Part shown: piece after piece, positions 8,543 through 17,871 of the stretch | How the letters are laid out: every line of letters begins with the position of its first letter | How positions within the stretch are numbered: position 1 is the stretch's first letter | Position numbers and translations under genes: made by a program | The notes under the pieces: generated by a model | What the model was told of the DNA's origin: nothing | The model's input: the letters and a program-made list of their open reading frames with translations, nothing else | Database searches by the model: none | Source: an uncultured Actinomycetes bacterium | GTDB taxonomy: Bacteria; Actinomycetota; UBA4738; HRBIN12 | Assembly: GCA_963704885.1 (NCBI GenBank) | Contig: CAVPIB010000001.1 | Span: 960,001 to 1,024,000 of the forward strand | DNA length: 64,000 nucleotides | Direction of reading: 5' to 3'

Positions 8543-11029
8543 ATGCCTGAGGCGACCCCGCAGTCCCTCCGTCGGGCGCTCGCCCGCGCCGGTTCGGGCA
8601 AGGCCATCTCTCTCCCCGAGGCCGAGGTTCTGCTTCACGCGCGCGGCGATGGTTTGCAGCAACTCATGAGGGTCTCGTCCGGGCTGCGCCAGGTCGGGCA
8701 CGCTCGAACGATCACGTACTCGCGCAAGGTGTTCGTGCCGCTGACGATGCTCTGCCGCGATCACTGTCACTACTGCACGTTCGCGAAACCTCCGGCCAAG
8801 CTCGATCGCCCATTCCTGTCACCAGACGAGGTCGTGGCGATCGCCGAGGCCGGTCGGAGGATGGGCTGCAAGGAAGCGCTCTTCACGCTCGGCGATCGCC
8901 CCGAGGAGCGGTACCCCGTCGCGCGCGAATGGCTCGCGGAGCGCGGATACGCGAGCACGCTCGAGTACCTGCGAGCCGTGGCCATCCAGGTTATCGAGGC
9001 CACCGGCCTGCTCCCGCACCTGAACCCGGGCGTGATGTCGTACGAGGAACTCGCCCGGCTGAAGCAGGTGAGCGCGTCCATGGGTCTCATGCTCGAGTCC
9101 TCTTCCGACAGACTGACAGAGCGCGGCGGTCCGCACTTCGGCTCGCCGGACAAGATGCCGGCCGTGCGTCTGCGAACGATCGAGGATGCAGGCCGCTTGG
9201 CGATCCCCTTCACCACGGGGATCCTCGTGGGCATCGGCGAGACGCATCGCGAGCGCGCCGAATCGCTCTTCGCGATCAGCGGCCTTCATCGACGCTACCG
9301 CCACGTACAGGAGATCATCGTCCAGAACTTCCGCGCCAAGCCGGGTACGGCGATGCAGCACGCCGCAGAGCCGGTGGATGAGGAGTTCCTGGCCGCTGTC
9401 GCGACCGCCCGCGTGATCTTCGGGCCATACATGAGTGTGCAGGCGCCCCCGAACCTGTCGGACCCCGACCAGCAGCTTCGGCTACTGGACGCCGGGATCA
9501 ACGATTGGGGAGGTGTCTCGCCGCTCACGCCCGACCACGTGAACCCCGAGAAGCCGTGGCCGACCTTGGAAGCGCTCTCCGCCACGACCGCCTCGCGCGA
9601 CCTCACCCTTCGCGAACGTCTCACGATCTACCCGCGGTTCGCCGCCAGCCCTGACCCGTACTTGACCTCTAAGATGCGGGCGCCCGTGAACGCTCTGCTC
9701 GGACCGGAGGGCCTGGCCGTCGAAGGTCAGGTCCCCGAGCCGACCCCATGGCAGGACCCCGATGTCCGATGGAAGCCGCGCGGGATCTCGCTCATGTTCG
9801 CGAAGGCGGCCGATGCGGGCCTGCGGGAGGACGCGCTCGCCGTCTACGGGGACTTCGACGCCCTCCCCGTGACGCGCGCGTGGGGCTCGCATGAGGTACA
9901 GCCGGAAAGGCTGGATGCGGAGATCAAGCGAGCACTTGCCAAAGCGCAGGATCACCGGGCGATCACGGACGACGATGCCCTCGCGCTCTTCCGCGCCGAA
10001 GGCCCGGCTCTGGACGCACTCTGCCGGGTCGCAGACGACCTGCGGGCCGAGGCGGTGGGCGACGACGTCACCTACGTCATCAACAGGAACATCAATTTCA
10101 CGAACGTCTGCTACGTGGGGTGTCGTTTCTGCGCGTTCGCGCAGCGAGAGATCGACGCCGAGTCCTACACGCTCACGCTGACCGAGGTGGCCGATCGCGC
10201 CGAAGAGGCGTGGGCCTGCGGTGCGAGCGAGGTGTGCATGCAAGGAGGGATCCACCCGGACCTGCCGGGTACCTTCTACATGGACCTATTGGATGCCGTG
10301 AAGGCTCGCACCCCAGACATGCACATCCATGCCTTCAGCCCCATGGAGATCTTGAACGGTGCGACGCACCTGGGGATATCGTTCAGAGAGTTCCTGCAGG
10401 GGTGTCGCGATCACGGACTGGGGACGATCCCCGGCACGGCCGCCGAGATCTTGGATGACGACGTTCGCTGGCTCTTGACGAAAGGGAAGCTCCCCGCGGA
10501 TACATGGGAGGAGATCGTCCGCACCGCACATGATCTGGGGATCCGAAGTAGTTCGACCATCATGTTCGGCCATGTCGACGCCCCTCCCCACTGGGTAGCT
10601 CATATCAGGCGGATCGGGAGGATCCAGGCCGACACCGGGGGGTTCACCGAGTTCGTCCCGCTGCCGTTCGTGCATCAGAACGCGCCGATCTACCTCGCCG
10701 GGAAGGCTCGCCCGGGTGCCACCTTCGAGGAGAACCTACGGATGCACGCACTGGCCCGCATCCTTCTCGATGGGCTCATCCCCAACATCCAGGTGTCGTG
10801 GGTCAAGCTCGGCATCGACGCCTGCCAAGCCATCTTGCGATCGGGCGCGAACGACTTCGGTGGAACGCTCATGGAAGAGACGATCAGTCGCATGGCAGGC
10901 GCCGATCATGGGATCGCCATGATGCCGGATCAGTTCGACCGAGCGATCCGCGACATCGGGCGGGTGCCGGCGGTGCGGACGACTACCTACGATCGTGTCG
11001 TTCCTGCCGATAGTAGTCAATCAGCTTGA
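8543..11029 (+). CDS. fbiC: Bifunctional FO synthase CofG/CofH (radical SAM)
   Basis: Two CxxxCxxC motifs (CRDHCHYC, CYVGCRFC), GINDWGGVSP, NDFGGTLMEE. Confidence 0.93.
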   Translation: MPEATPQSLRRALARAGSGKAISLPEAEVLLHARGDGLQQLMRVSSGLRQVGHARTITYSRKVFVPLTMLCRDHCHYCTFAKPPAKLDRPFLSPDEVVAIAEAGRRMGCKEALFTLGDRPEERYPVAREWLAERGYASTLEYLRAVAIQVIEATGLLPHLNPGVMSYEELARLKQVSASMGLMLESSSDRLTERGGPHFGSPDKMPAVRLRTIEDAGRLAIPFTTGILVGIGETHRERAESLFAISGLHRRYRHVQEIIVQNFRAKPGTAMQHAAEPVDEEFLAAVATARVIFGPYMSVQAPPNLSDPDQQLRLLDAGINDWGGVSPLTPDHVNPEKPWPTLEALSATTASRDLTLRERLTIYPRFAASPDPYLTSKMRAPVNALLGPEGLAVEGQVPEPTPWQDPDVRWKPRGISLMFAKAADAGLREDALAVYGDFDALPVTRAWGSHEVQPERLDAEIKRALAKAQDHRAITDDDALALFRAEGPALDALCRVADDLRAEAVGDDVTYVINRNINFTNVCYVGCRFCAFAQREIDAESYTLTLTEVADRAEEAWACGASEVCMQGGIHPDLPGTFYMDLLDAVKARTPDMHIHAFSPMEILNGATHLGISFREFLQGCRDHGLGTIPGTAAEILDDDVRWLLTKGKLPADTWEEIVRTAHDLGIRSSSTIMFGHVDAPPHWVAHIRRIGRIQADTGGFTEFVPLPFVHQNAPIYLAGKARPGATFEENLRMHALARILLDGLIPNIQVSWVKLGIDACQAILRSGANDFGGTLMEETISRMAGADHGIAMMPDQFDRAIRDIGRVPAVRTTTYDRVVPADSSQSA

Positions 11030-11052
11030 CCAGAGTGGTCAAGCTGATTGAC
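11016..11052. terminator. Perfect 17-bp inverted repeat overlapping the fbiC stop
   Basis: GTCAATCAGCTTGACCA-gag-TGGTCAAGCTGATTGAC followed by a T-rich stretch. Confidence 0.55.
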
Positions 11053-11160
11053 GTTCGTATTTCTCGACGGAGGCACTTGCACCGGGCCCTTCGTCCGGAC
11101 ACGATGGGTTCTGACAAGGAATGAGGGATGTGAGGCAGGGAACTTTCTTGGGATTTCCTC

Positions 11161-11205
11161 TTGTCACCGAGGACGTTCTTCCCTCAGAATCACATGGATG
11201 TGATT
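11161..11205 (+). promoter_or_regulatory. whiB promoter with palindromic operator
   Basis: TTGTCA-18 bp-CAGAAT; AATCACAT-GG-ATGTGATT (11188-11205) overlaps the -10 and likely start site. Confidence 0.6.
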
Positions 11206-11221
11206 TCGGGGGGAGACGAGC

Positions 11222-11449
11222 GTGCATCACTACATCCCTTGGCAAGAACGAGCGCGGTGTCGCGAATATGACCCTGAGGTCTTCTTCCCCGAGAAGGGAG
11301 GCTCATCGAGGGAGGCCAAGCGGATCTGCAGTGAGTGCCCCGTTCGGATCGAATGCCTCAACTACGCGCTCCGCCGCGACGAGCGTTACGGCGTCTGGGG
11401 CGGCATGAGCGAACGGGAGCGTCGACGTCTGAAGCGCATGGCGTCGTAG
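11222..11449 (+). CDS. whiB: WhiB family Fe-S transcription regulator (WhiB/WhiB2-like)
   Basis: WQERARC..DPEVFFPEKGGSSREAKRICxxC..C..YGVWGGMSERERR; canonical position beside the F420 genes. Confidence 0.95.
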   Translation: MHHYIPWQERARCREYDPEVFFPEKGGSSREAKRICSECPVRIECLNYALRRDERYGVWGGMSERERRRLKRMAS

Positions 11450-11480
11450 AACCACCTCAGGAACGGTGAAAGGGGGCAGC

Positions 11481-11888
11481 ATGGCAGTCGCCAGGAAGAC
11501 CGCGGCACGCAAGAAGACCGCGGCTCGAAAGCCCGCCAGGAAGAAGACGGCAGCTCGCAAGCCTGCGGCACGTAAGAAGACCGCGGCGAGGAAGCCGGCA
11601 GCACGTAGGAAGACGGCAGCGCGCAAGCCCGCCGCTCGCAAGAAGACCGCAGCGAGGAAGCCGGCTCGCAAGAAGACGGCAGCTCGCAAGCCTGCGGCAC
11701 GTAAGAAGACGGCAGCTCGCAAGCCCGCCGCTCGCAAGAAGACGGCAGCGAGGAAGCCGGCTCGCAAGAAGACGGCAGCTCGCAAGCCTGCGGCACGTAA
11801 GAAGACGGCAGCTCGCAAGCCCGCCGCTCGCAAGAAGACGGCAGCGAGGAAGCCGGCTCGCAAGAAGACGGCAGCTCGCAAGCGCTGA
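11481..11888 (+). CDS. Histone H1-like (Hc2-type) basic repeat protein
   Basis: 135 aa made almost entirely of KKTAARKPA(A)R repeats; SD AGGGGG; synonymous codon variation between repeats; followed by a terminator. Confidence 0.8.
   Translation: MAVARKTAARKKTAARKPARKKTAARKPAARKKTAARKPAARRKTAARKPAARKKTAARKPARKKTAARKPAARKKTAARKPAARKKTAARKPARKKTAARKPAARKKTAARKPAARKKTAARKPARKKTAARKR
11658..11884 (+). repeat. 96-bp higher-order tandem repeat (about 2.4 copies) built from 30/33-bp units
   Basis: Unit starts at 11658, 11754 and 11850. Confidence 0.85.
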
Positions 11889-11909
11889 GCGATCCGTGTA
11901 TCGGCGTTC

Positions 11910-11940
11910 GAAGGGGGGCTAGTGCCCCCCTTCCGCTTCT
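11910..11940 (+). terminator. Intrinsic terminator after the H1-like gene
   Basis: GAAGGGGGGC-tagt-GCCCCCCTTC followed by a pyrimidine tail. Confidence 0.7.
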
Positions 11941-11988
11941 TCTGGCACGGCCCGTGCTAGGCTCCGCGCCGCGCAAGGTGCGCATCGC

Positions 11989-14900
11989 ATGACAGAACCC
12001 TCTACCGACTCCGCCTCTCTGCGCGCGCCCTCCGTCCTGGTGATCCTCGTCGTTCGGGAGGCGGCGGCATGGCTCCGCGGGTGCCTCGCTGCCCTGGGGG
12101 CTCAGACCTATCCGAGGGTCGGCGTGCTCGCCGTCGACAACGCCTCGAGCGATGGTTCGGCGCAGATGCTCGCTCAGGCCTTGGGTGAACGTCGCGTCAT
12201 CGCCTCGAAGGAGGATCGGGGCCTGGCGGGATCCGTGCGGGCCGCGCTCGAGCTCCCGGTCGCACAGGAGGCGGACTACCTCCTCGTGCTGCACGACGAC
12301 ATCGCCCTCGACCCCGACGCAGTCACGCGGCTGGTGGATGCGGCCACAGGGATGGGGGTCGACGATGTCGGTGTCGTCGGCCCGAAGGTGGTCGATTGGG
12401 AGGAGCCGCGACTGCTCCTCGACGTCGGCCGGTCCGCGGACCGGTTCGGGCATCCTTACACGCCCTTGCAGCCCGGGGAGATCGACCAGGGCCAGTTCGA
12501 TCGAGTCGTGGAAGTCCTGTGTGTGTCGACCGCGGCCATGCTCATCTCGCGCGAGGCATGGCAACGCGCTGGCCTCTTCGACGAGCGACTGGATGCGCGT
12601 CATGAGGATCTCGACTTCTGTTGGCGGGCGCGGCTCGCGGGCTTCCGGGTCCTCGTGACCCCGCTCGCTCGCGCGCGGCACCGCGACGCTTCGGTGCGTG
12701 GGGAGCGGCCCGCGGGGCATCGTCGGAGCGATCGCTACTACGAGGATCGAGCGGCGATCGCCGCCATGCTCAAGAACTACGGATTGCTGTCGCTCCTGTG
12801 GCTCCTGCCGCTGGATCTGGCGCTGGGGTTGGTTCGTCTGGTGTTCCTGGTCTTGTCGCGACGGTTCGACGGAGCCCTCGATCTTGTGTCGGCTTGGGGG
12901 TGGAACCTCGTTCATCTGCCCGGGACGCTTTCACGCCGGGTGCGGGCGCAATCGGTGCGCAAGGTCAGCGACCGTCAGCTCCGCCGATTCATGGGATCGG
13001 CAGGGCTCCGTCTGCCGCGATGGTTCGAGACGGCCGGACAGATCCTCGCGGAGCAGCAAGAGATCCAGGTGGAGGAAGAAGGGGCGTCGGCCGGCAGGCG
13101 GCTCCGCGACCGGACCGCATCGCTCGTAGGGTCGCACCCCGTCGTCGTGACGTGCTTCTTCGGGATCGTCGTGGCCGCCGTCGCGTTCCGTGGACTACTG
13201 GGTCCCGAGTCGCTACACGGGGGAGCGTTGCCGGCCTTCCCGGCATCCTGGGGCGGGTTCTTCGGTGAGTTGACCTCCGGGTACCGCACGACGCCGCTCG
13301 GCGGGTCGTTCGCTGCCAGCCCTGCGCTCGGAGCCCTAGGGACAACCTCGTGGTTCACCTTCGGTAGCACTGCCATCGCGCAGAAGCTGCTGCTCGCAGG
13401 AGGTCCGGTGCTGGCGTCCGTCATGTTGTATCGAGCGCTCGCCAGGCTGACCGGCCGACCCGGCGCAGCTGTGCTCGGCGCCGTGGCATACGCCTTGTCG
13501 GCGCTGGTGCTTTGGTCGTTCTCCGAGGGTCGGATCGATCTGCTGGTCGCCCTCGCGGTCGTCCCGGCGATCGCCGAGCGTTTGGAGGCGGCATCCGGGC
13601 GGGAGCCTCCATCCGACGGTCGGTGGCGATTCATCATCGGCCTGGGTGTGACCATCGCGGTGGGTGTGGCGTTCCTGCCGGGCGTGATGCTTGTGCTCGG
13701 AGTGCTCACCGTCGTGCAGGCGATGTTCGGCTCATCCCGACGCCGTGGGGTGGGGTTGACCCTCGCGAGCACCGCGGTCGCCGCTGCCCTGCTCCTCGTG
13801 TTCGTCGCCACGATCGTATCGGGGGACGGCGCGGCGATGGGCTCCCGTATCGGCACGACCGACCTCGGCGAGCTGTTGAGGCTTGCGCTCGGCGGCGGCC
13901 CCGGCACCTGGGTGATCGCTGCGTTCTTGCCGGTATCGGCCGTGTTGGCTCTGGCGCTCATCGGACCGCAGTTCCGAAGCGTCGGTTTCCGTGCAGCCTT
14001 CACCGCCACGGCGGGACTGGCGCTGGCGTGGTTCGCCTCGGCCGGCTACCTGCCTGGGTGGGCCGCGAACGCTGAGGCATACCTGGTCCTGGCCGCCGTG
14101 TCGGAGGCCTTCATCGTTGGCTTCGGGCTCGCTTCGGTCCTGGGAGGACTGGGCCGGGAATCGTTCGGGCTCCGTCAGGTCGGTACGGCGCTTCTCGCGA
14201 TCGTCCTGGGCGGAGGCCTTCTTCTGCAGTCCGCCGCGGCAATGGTAGGGGGGTGGTCGGTGGGTGGTCCCGAGGCGCTCCCGCCGGCGTGGGCTCTCAT
14301 CACGAGCAGCGCGAAGGGGGACTTTCGGGTCCTGTGGGTTGGCGGAGACACAGGACGGCGTTTCGTGGCGCCGGGCGGAGACCCGGTGGATGTGGCGACA
14401 GGCCGCACGACGTCTCTCCGTTATGGCCTCACGGATAGAACCGGCATCTCGGCGCTCGACGTCGGTCGGACCATCAGCGGGGGCGGCGCCGACTACCTGC
14501 GCTCCGCGGTCGACCAGATCCTGTCCGGGACGACGGTGCACGGCGGCGCGCTGCTGGCGCCGTTAGGCGTGCGCTTCGTGGTGGCCGGACGCGGGGACCT
14601 CCCCCAGGCAGCACAGGCCCTCCTGGACGCACAGGTCGATCTCGATCTGGTCGGAACGTCTGGGCTCACGATCTTCCGCAACGCCGCGCCATTGCCTCCG
14701 GCCGGCATCCTTCCCGCGACCGAGCAGTTGGCCCAAGCCGTTGGTTCGGAAGACCTCGGCCAGATCGCTCGGCTGCCCGGCGCTCGAGCTGTGCCATTGA
14801 CGCCGGTCGAGGGGGGCTGGGCGGGTGTTTCACCGATTGTGGGGCTCGCCGTCGTCTCCACGCAGTTCAGCTCCGAGTGGCGAGCCGAGATCCCCGGAGG

Positions 14901-15072
14901 CAACACCGTAGGCCCTCGAGAGTCCTTCGGGTGGGCGACGTCGTTCGACGTGCCGCAGGGCCCGGTCCGGATCCGCTTCATGGACCAATGGGCGCGCACG
15001 CTCGAGACGATCGCGCTGGGCCTTCTCTGGGCTGTTGCGCTGTGGGTGACCAGGAAGCCAGTGGCGCGATGA
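11989..15072 (+). CDS. GT2 glycosyltransferase fused to a large polytopic membrane region
   Basis: VDNASSDGS, LHDD, EDLDFCWRA, then many TMs; usual whiB neighbour in actinobacteria. Confidence 0.8.
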   Translation: MTEPSTDSASLRAPSVLVILVVREAAAWLRGCLAALGAQTYPRVGVLAVDNASSDGSAQMLAQALGERRVIASKEDRGLAGSVRAALELPVAQEADYLLVLHDDIALDPDAVTRLVDAATGMGVDDVGVVGPKVVDWEEPRLLLDVGRSADRFGHPYTPLQPGEIDQGQFDRVVEVLCVSTAAMLISREAWQRAGLFDERLDARHEDLDFCWRARLAGFRVLVTPLARARHRDASVRGERPAGHRRSDRYYEDRAAIAAMLKNYGLLSLLWLLPLDLALGLVRLVFLVLSRRFDGALDLVSAWGWNLVHLPGTLSRRVRAQSVRKVSDRQLRRFMGSAGLRLPRWFETAGQILAEQQEIQVEEEGASAGRRLRDRTASLVGSHPVVVTCFFGIVVAAVAFRGLLGPESLHGGALPAFPASWGGFFGELTSGYRTTPLGGSFAASPALGALGTTSWFTFGSTAIAQKLLLAGGPVLASVMLYRALARLTGRPGAAVLGAVAYALSALVLWSFSEGRIDLLVALAVVPAIAERLEAASGREPPSDGRWRFIIGLGVTIAVGVAFLPGVMLVLGVLTVVQAMFGSSRRRGVGLTLASTAVAAALLLVFVATIVSGDGAAMGSRIGTTDLGELLRLALGGGPGTWVIAAFLPVSAVLALALIGPQFRSVGFRAAFTATAGLALAWFASAGYLPGWAANAEAYLVLAAVSEAFIVGFGLASVLGGLGRESFGLRQVGTALLAIVLGGGLLLQSAAAMVGGWSVGGPEALPPAWALITSSAKGDFRVLWVGGDTGRRFVAPGGDPVDVATGRTTSLRYGLTDRTGISALDVGRTISGGGADYLRSAVDQILSGTTVHGGALLAPLGVRFVVAGRGDLPQAAQALLDAQVDLDLVGTSGLTIFRNAAPLPPAGILPATEQLAQAVGSEDLGQIARLPGARAVPLTPVEGGWAGVSPIVGLAVVSTQFSSEWRAEIPGGNTVGPRESFGWATSFDVPQGPVRIRFMDQWARTLETIALGLLWAVALWVTRKPVAR

Positions 15073-16463
15073 GGGCCGAGCGACATACCGGGCGCAGTCG
15101 CGGCCAGGGGCTGGTGGCGATGGCGTTCTTGGTCGTCGTGGTCGGCGGCGCGTTCGCGTTGGATCGGGTCGTCGGACCTCTGACCCCATCGCCCCCGTCG
15201 GCCGCCGCGACCGGATCGGGCGCGTGGCTCTGCCCGCACGGCGGGGGCCCGGAGGCGTGGAAGGCCACGCTATACCTCGCGAACCCTGGCACCGGTGATG
15301 TGACCGCGCGCATCACTTCGATGTCCTCGCGCCGCCCGGCGGCCCCGTTCGACGTGGACGTTCCGGCGCAAACCACGGTGGGCGTGGAGGTTCCCGCCGC
15401 CGGGAGGGAGGCGTCCACCTTCGTCGAGTACTTCGGCGGCTGGATCGGTGCGGGGTGGGTCACCCAAGGCGGCGGGGGGGAGATCGGTGTCGGGGCCGAA
15501 CCGTGCGCTCCCGATGCTGAACGTTCTTGGTTCCTGCCGGACGGGACCACGGAGAAGGGCGAGGACGCCTACATCGTGGTCATGAACCCGTTCGCCGAAG
15601 ACGCAGTGTTCGACGTGGTCCTGCTTACCCCGAAGCGGGCGCCGATCCGTAGCTCGGAGCTGTCCGAGGTGGTGCTTCGCCCGGGGAAGAGCTTGGCGTT
15701 CCGGGTCAACGCGTTCGCCGAGGGCGAGCCGGCGGTCGGCGCCGAGGTCGACGTCACGTTGGGTCGGGTGGCGGTCTCCTCACTGGGTGTCTCGCGCGAC
15801 GCCGGGATCCGAAGCGTCATCGGCGGGACCGATGTCGCTTCGCAGGCGTTCCTACCGGCAGGAGCTGGTTCGGGACAGTCGACGCTCGTTCTGATGGTTC
15901 CGGGTGAGGATCAGATCTCGTTCGGCGCCACGCTCCTTTCTGCCGATCCTCCGGCGCCAGCGGGCGGGCTCACCGAGGCAACGCAGAACCCGACATCTGC
16001 GCGGCCGTACCCCGTGACCGCCTCCGGCGCGTCCTCCGTCGACGTGGTATCCCAAGGGTCGATTCCGTTCGTGGCGACCGAACGCGCGATCGGGGTGGGG
16101 AACGACTATGCGGCCACGGGTGGCGCGACCCAGGCTGGATCGGATTGGCTGGTCCTGCCTGCCATAGCCGGCGAGCCCTCTCACTCCGGTCTCGTGATCG
16201 TGAACCCGGGGAACACGGCGGTCACGGTTACCTTGCACGCTCTGGCACCCGAAGGCGTCACACCTCCGCCGGATATCACTCTCGTGATCCCCGCCGGCTC
16301 CGTGCGGTCGGCTCCTCCGGACTTCCTGAACGAGGATCCTCGATCGGCGATCGAGGTTCGTTCTGATGGCGGAGCCGTGATCGCGATGGCGGCCTCCACT
16401 TCGCTCGGCAACGAAGGCTTGTCCACGTATGCCCTGGCCATGGGGGTCGCGGTCGTCGGATGA
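15069..16463 (+). CDS. DUF5719-like secreted/membrane-anchored protein
   Basis: N-terminal anchor; repeated LxxxNP beta modules, WFLPDGTT; ATGA coupling; synteny. Confidence 0.65.
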   Translation: MRAERHTGRSRGQGLVAMAFLVVVVGGAFALDRVVGPLTPSPPSAAATGSGAWLCPHGGGPEAWKATLYLANPGTGDVTARITSMSSRRPAAPFDVDVPAQTTVGVEVPAAGREASTFVEYFGGWIGAGWVTQGGGGEIGVGAEPCAPDAERSWFLPDGTTEKGEDAYIVVMNPFAEDAVFDVVLLTPKRAPIRSSELSEVVLRPGKSLAFRVNAFAEGEPAVGAEVDVTLGRVAVSSLGVSRDAGIRSVIGGTDVASQAFLPAGAGSGQSTLVLMVPGEDQISFGATLLSADPPAPAGGLTEATQNPTSARPYPVTASGASSVDVVSQGSIPFVATERAIGVGNDYAATGGATQAGSDWLVLPAIAGEPSHSGLVIVNPGNTAVTVTLHALAPEGVTPPPDITLVIPAGSVRSAPPDFLNEDPRSAIEVRSDGGAVIAMAASTSLGNEGLSTYALAMGVAVVG

Positions 16464-16527
16464 TAGCCGCGAAAGGCCGCTATCATCGTTGGGTTCGTAC
16501 CCTTTTCGCCGACCGTGGGACACCGCC

Positions 16528-17589
16528 ATGACCCGAGGACGACACGTCAAACGCACGGTAGGCAGTGCGGTCGTCGTAATGGCGATCGCCGTCGGGATCG
16601 TGCTCCTCGCGCTCGGGGGGGTGGCCTTCGCCGCGTATCGATACGACCTAGCCACGGCTGACACGATCCTCCCCGGCGTTACCGTTGCTGGGGTCGACGT
16701 CGGGGGAATGACCAGGGCCGAAGCCGTCGAGGTCATCGACACGGTCGCGGCGCAACGCCTGGACGCGCCGATCTCCATGTCGGCCTTGGACGACTCCTGG
16801 ACGACGAGTGCGGCGGAGCTCGGTCAGTCCGCCGACGTTGAGGCGGCCGTAGATCGTGCGATCGCCGCGTCGGAGTCGACCGCGTTCCTGACGCGTGTCT
16901 GGCATCGCCTGCGAGACGAGCCGGTCGATATCGCGGTCGACCTCGAGTTCACCATATCCGGTACGTCGGCGCAGACACTGGTTGCCTCCATAGCGAGCGA
17001 GATCGCCTCGGACCCCCGGGACGCATCGGTATCCGTAGTGGACGGTGAGACGGTCTTCGTGCACTCGCGACGCGGCCGTGCCCTTGGAACGAACGTATCG
17101 CTGAAGAGGCTCCTCGCGACCCTCGATGAAGGGGCGACATACCTTCGTCTCCCCGTTACAAGAGTGAAGCCGGCGATCCCGGACTCGAAGCTGGGCAAGA
17201 CGATCATCGTCGATCGAACCACGAACGAGCTGTACTTCTACAACAGGTTCGACCTATCGAAGACCTACCACGTCGCAACGGCGGCAGCGGGCTACGTTAC
17301 CCCCGCCGGCGACTGGACCATCGTCGACAAACAGGAGTATCCGACCTGGTATAACCCGGCGCTCGATACGTGGGGGGCCGACCTGCCCGCCTCGATCCCT
17401 CCCGGCCCCGGGAACCCGTTGGGGACACGTGCCCTATACATGGACGCCCCGGGCATCAGGATCCACGGCACCTACGATGTCGGGTCGATCGGGACCTATG
17501 CCTCGCACGGATGCATCCGCATGCTGATCTCCGATGTCGAGCAGCTCTACCCGCTCGTGCCGATCGGTACCCGGGTCATCGTCTTCTGA
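16528..17589 (+). CDS. L,D-transpeptidase with peptidoglycan-binding domain
   Basis: GVTVAGVDVGGMT..EA, NPLGTRAL, IHGT..SHGCIRM. Confidence 0.88.
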   Translation: MTRGRHVKRTVGSAVVVMAIAVGIVLLALGGVAFAAYRYDLATADTILPGVTVAGVDVGGMTRAEAVEVIDTVAAQRLDAPISMSALDDSWTTSAAELGQSADVEAAVDRAIAASESTAFLTRVWHRLRDEPVDIAVDLEFTISGTSAQTLVASIASEIASDPRDASVSVVDGETVFVHSRRGRALGTNVSLKRLLATLDEGATYLRLPVTRVKPAIPDSKLGKTIIVDRTTNELYFYNRFDLSKTYHVATAAAGYVTPAGDWTIVDKQEYPTWYNPALDTWGADLPASIPPGPGNPLGTRALYMDAPGIRIHGTYDVGSIGTYASHGCIRMLISDVEQLYPLVPIGTRVIVF

Positions 17590-17623
17590 GGTCCTGGCGG
17601 GCCCCGGAAACCGGTTGAGATGC

Positions 17624-17652
17624 TTGAAGATCACATCCATGTGATCTAGCCT
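17624..17652 (+). promoter_or_regulatory. DUF3499 promoter with an operator in the spacer
   Basis: TTGAAG-17 bp-TAGCCT, 6 nt before GTG; spacer holds ATCACATCCATGTGAT (17630-17645). Confidence 0.65.
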
Positions 17653-17658
17653 CCGCCC

Positions 17659-17871
17659 GTGCGAACATGCGCCAAGATCCGGTGCACGGCGGAGCCGGCA
17701 GTCACCATCTCGCTCGGGTACGCCGATCGTGAGGTCGTCATCAGAGATCTGTTGACCGAGCGGGACCCGAACCTGCTGGATCTCTGCGACGAGCATGTGT
17801 CGCGGATGACGCCCCCGGTTGCCTGGACCGTTCGCGACGAGCGAGCCAGCGTGCCGGCCGTCGTCGCTTGA
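17659..17871 (+). CDS. DUF3499 family protein
   Basis: RTCAKIRC..PA..T..Y, DLCDEH..PPVAW; conserved position upstream of phosphomannomutase. Confidence 0.8.
   Translation: MRTCAKIRCTAEPAVTISLGYADREVVIRDLLTERDPNLLDLCDEHVSRMTPPVAWTVRDERASVPAVVA

Noticed and set aside
11481-11888. Tandem repeats as a CRISPR array, or the antisense ORF 11303-11881 as a gene
   Set aside because: No unique spacers or cas genes. Units are multiples of 3 with synonymous variation, and the SD and terminator support the plus strand.
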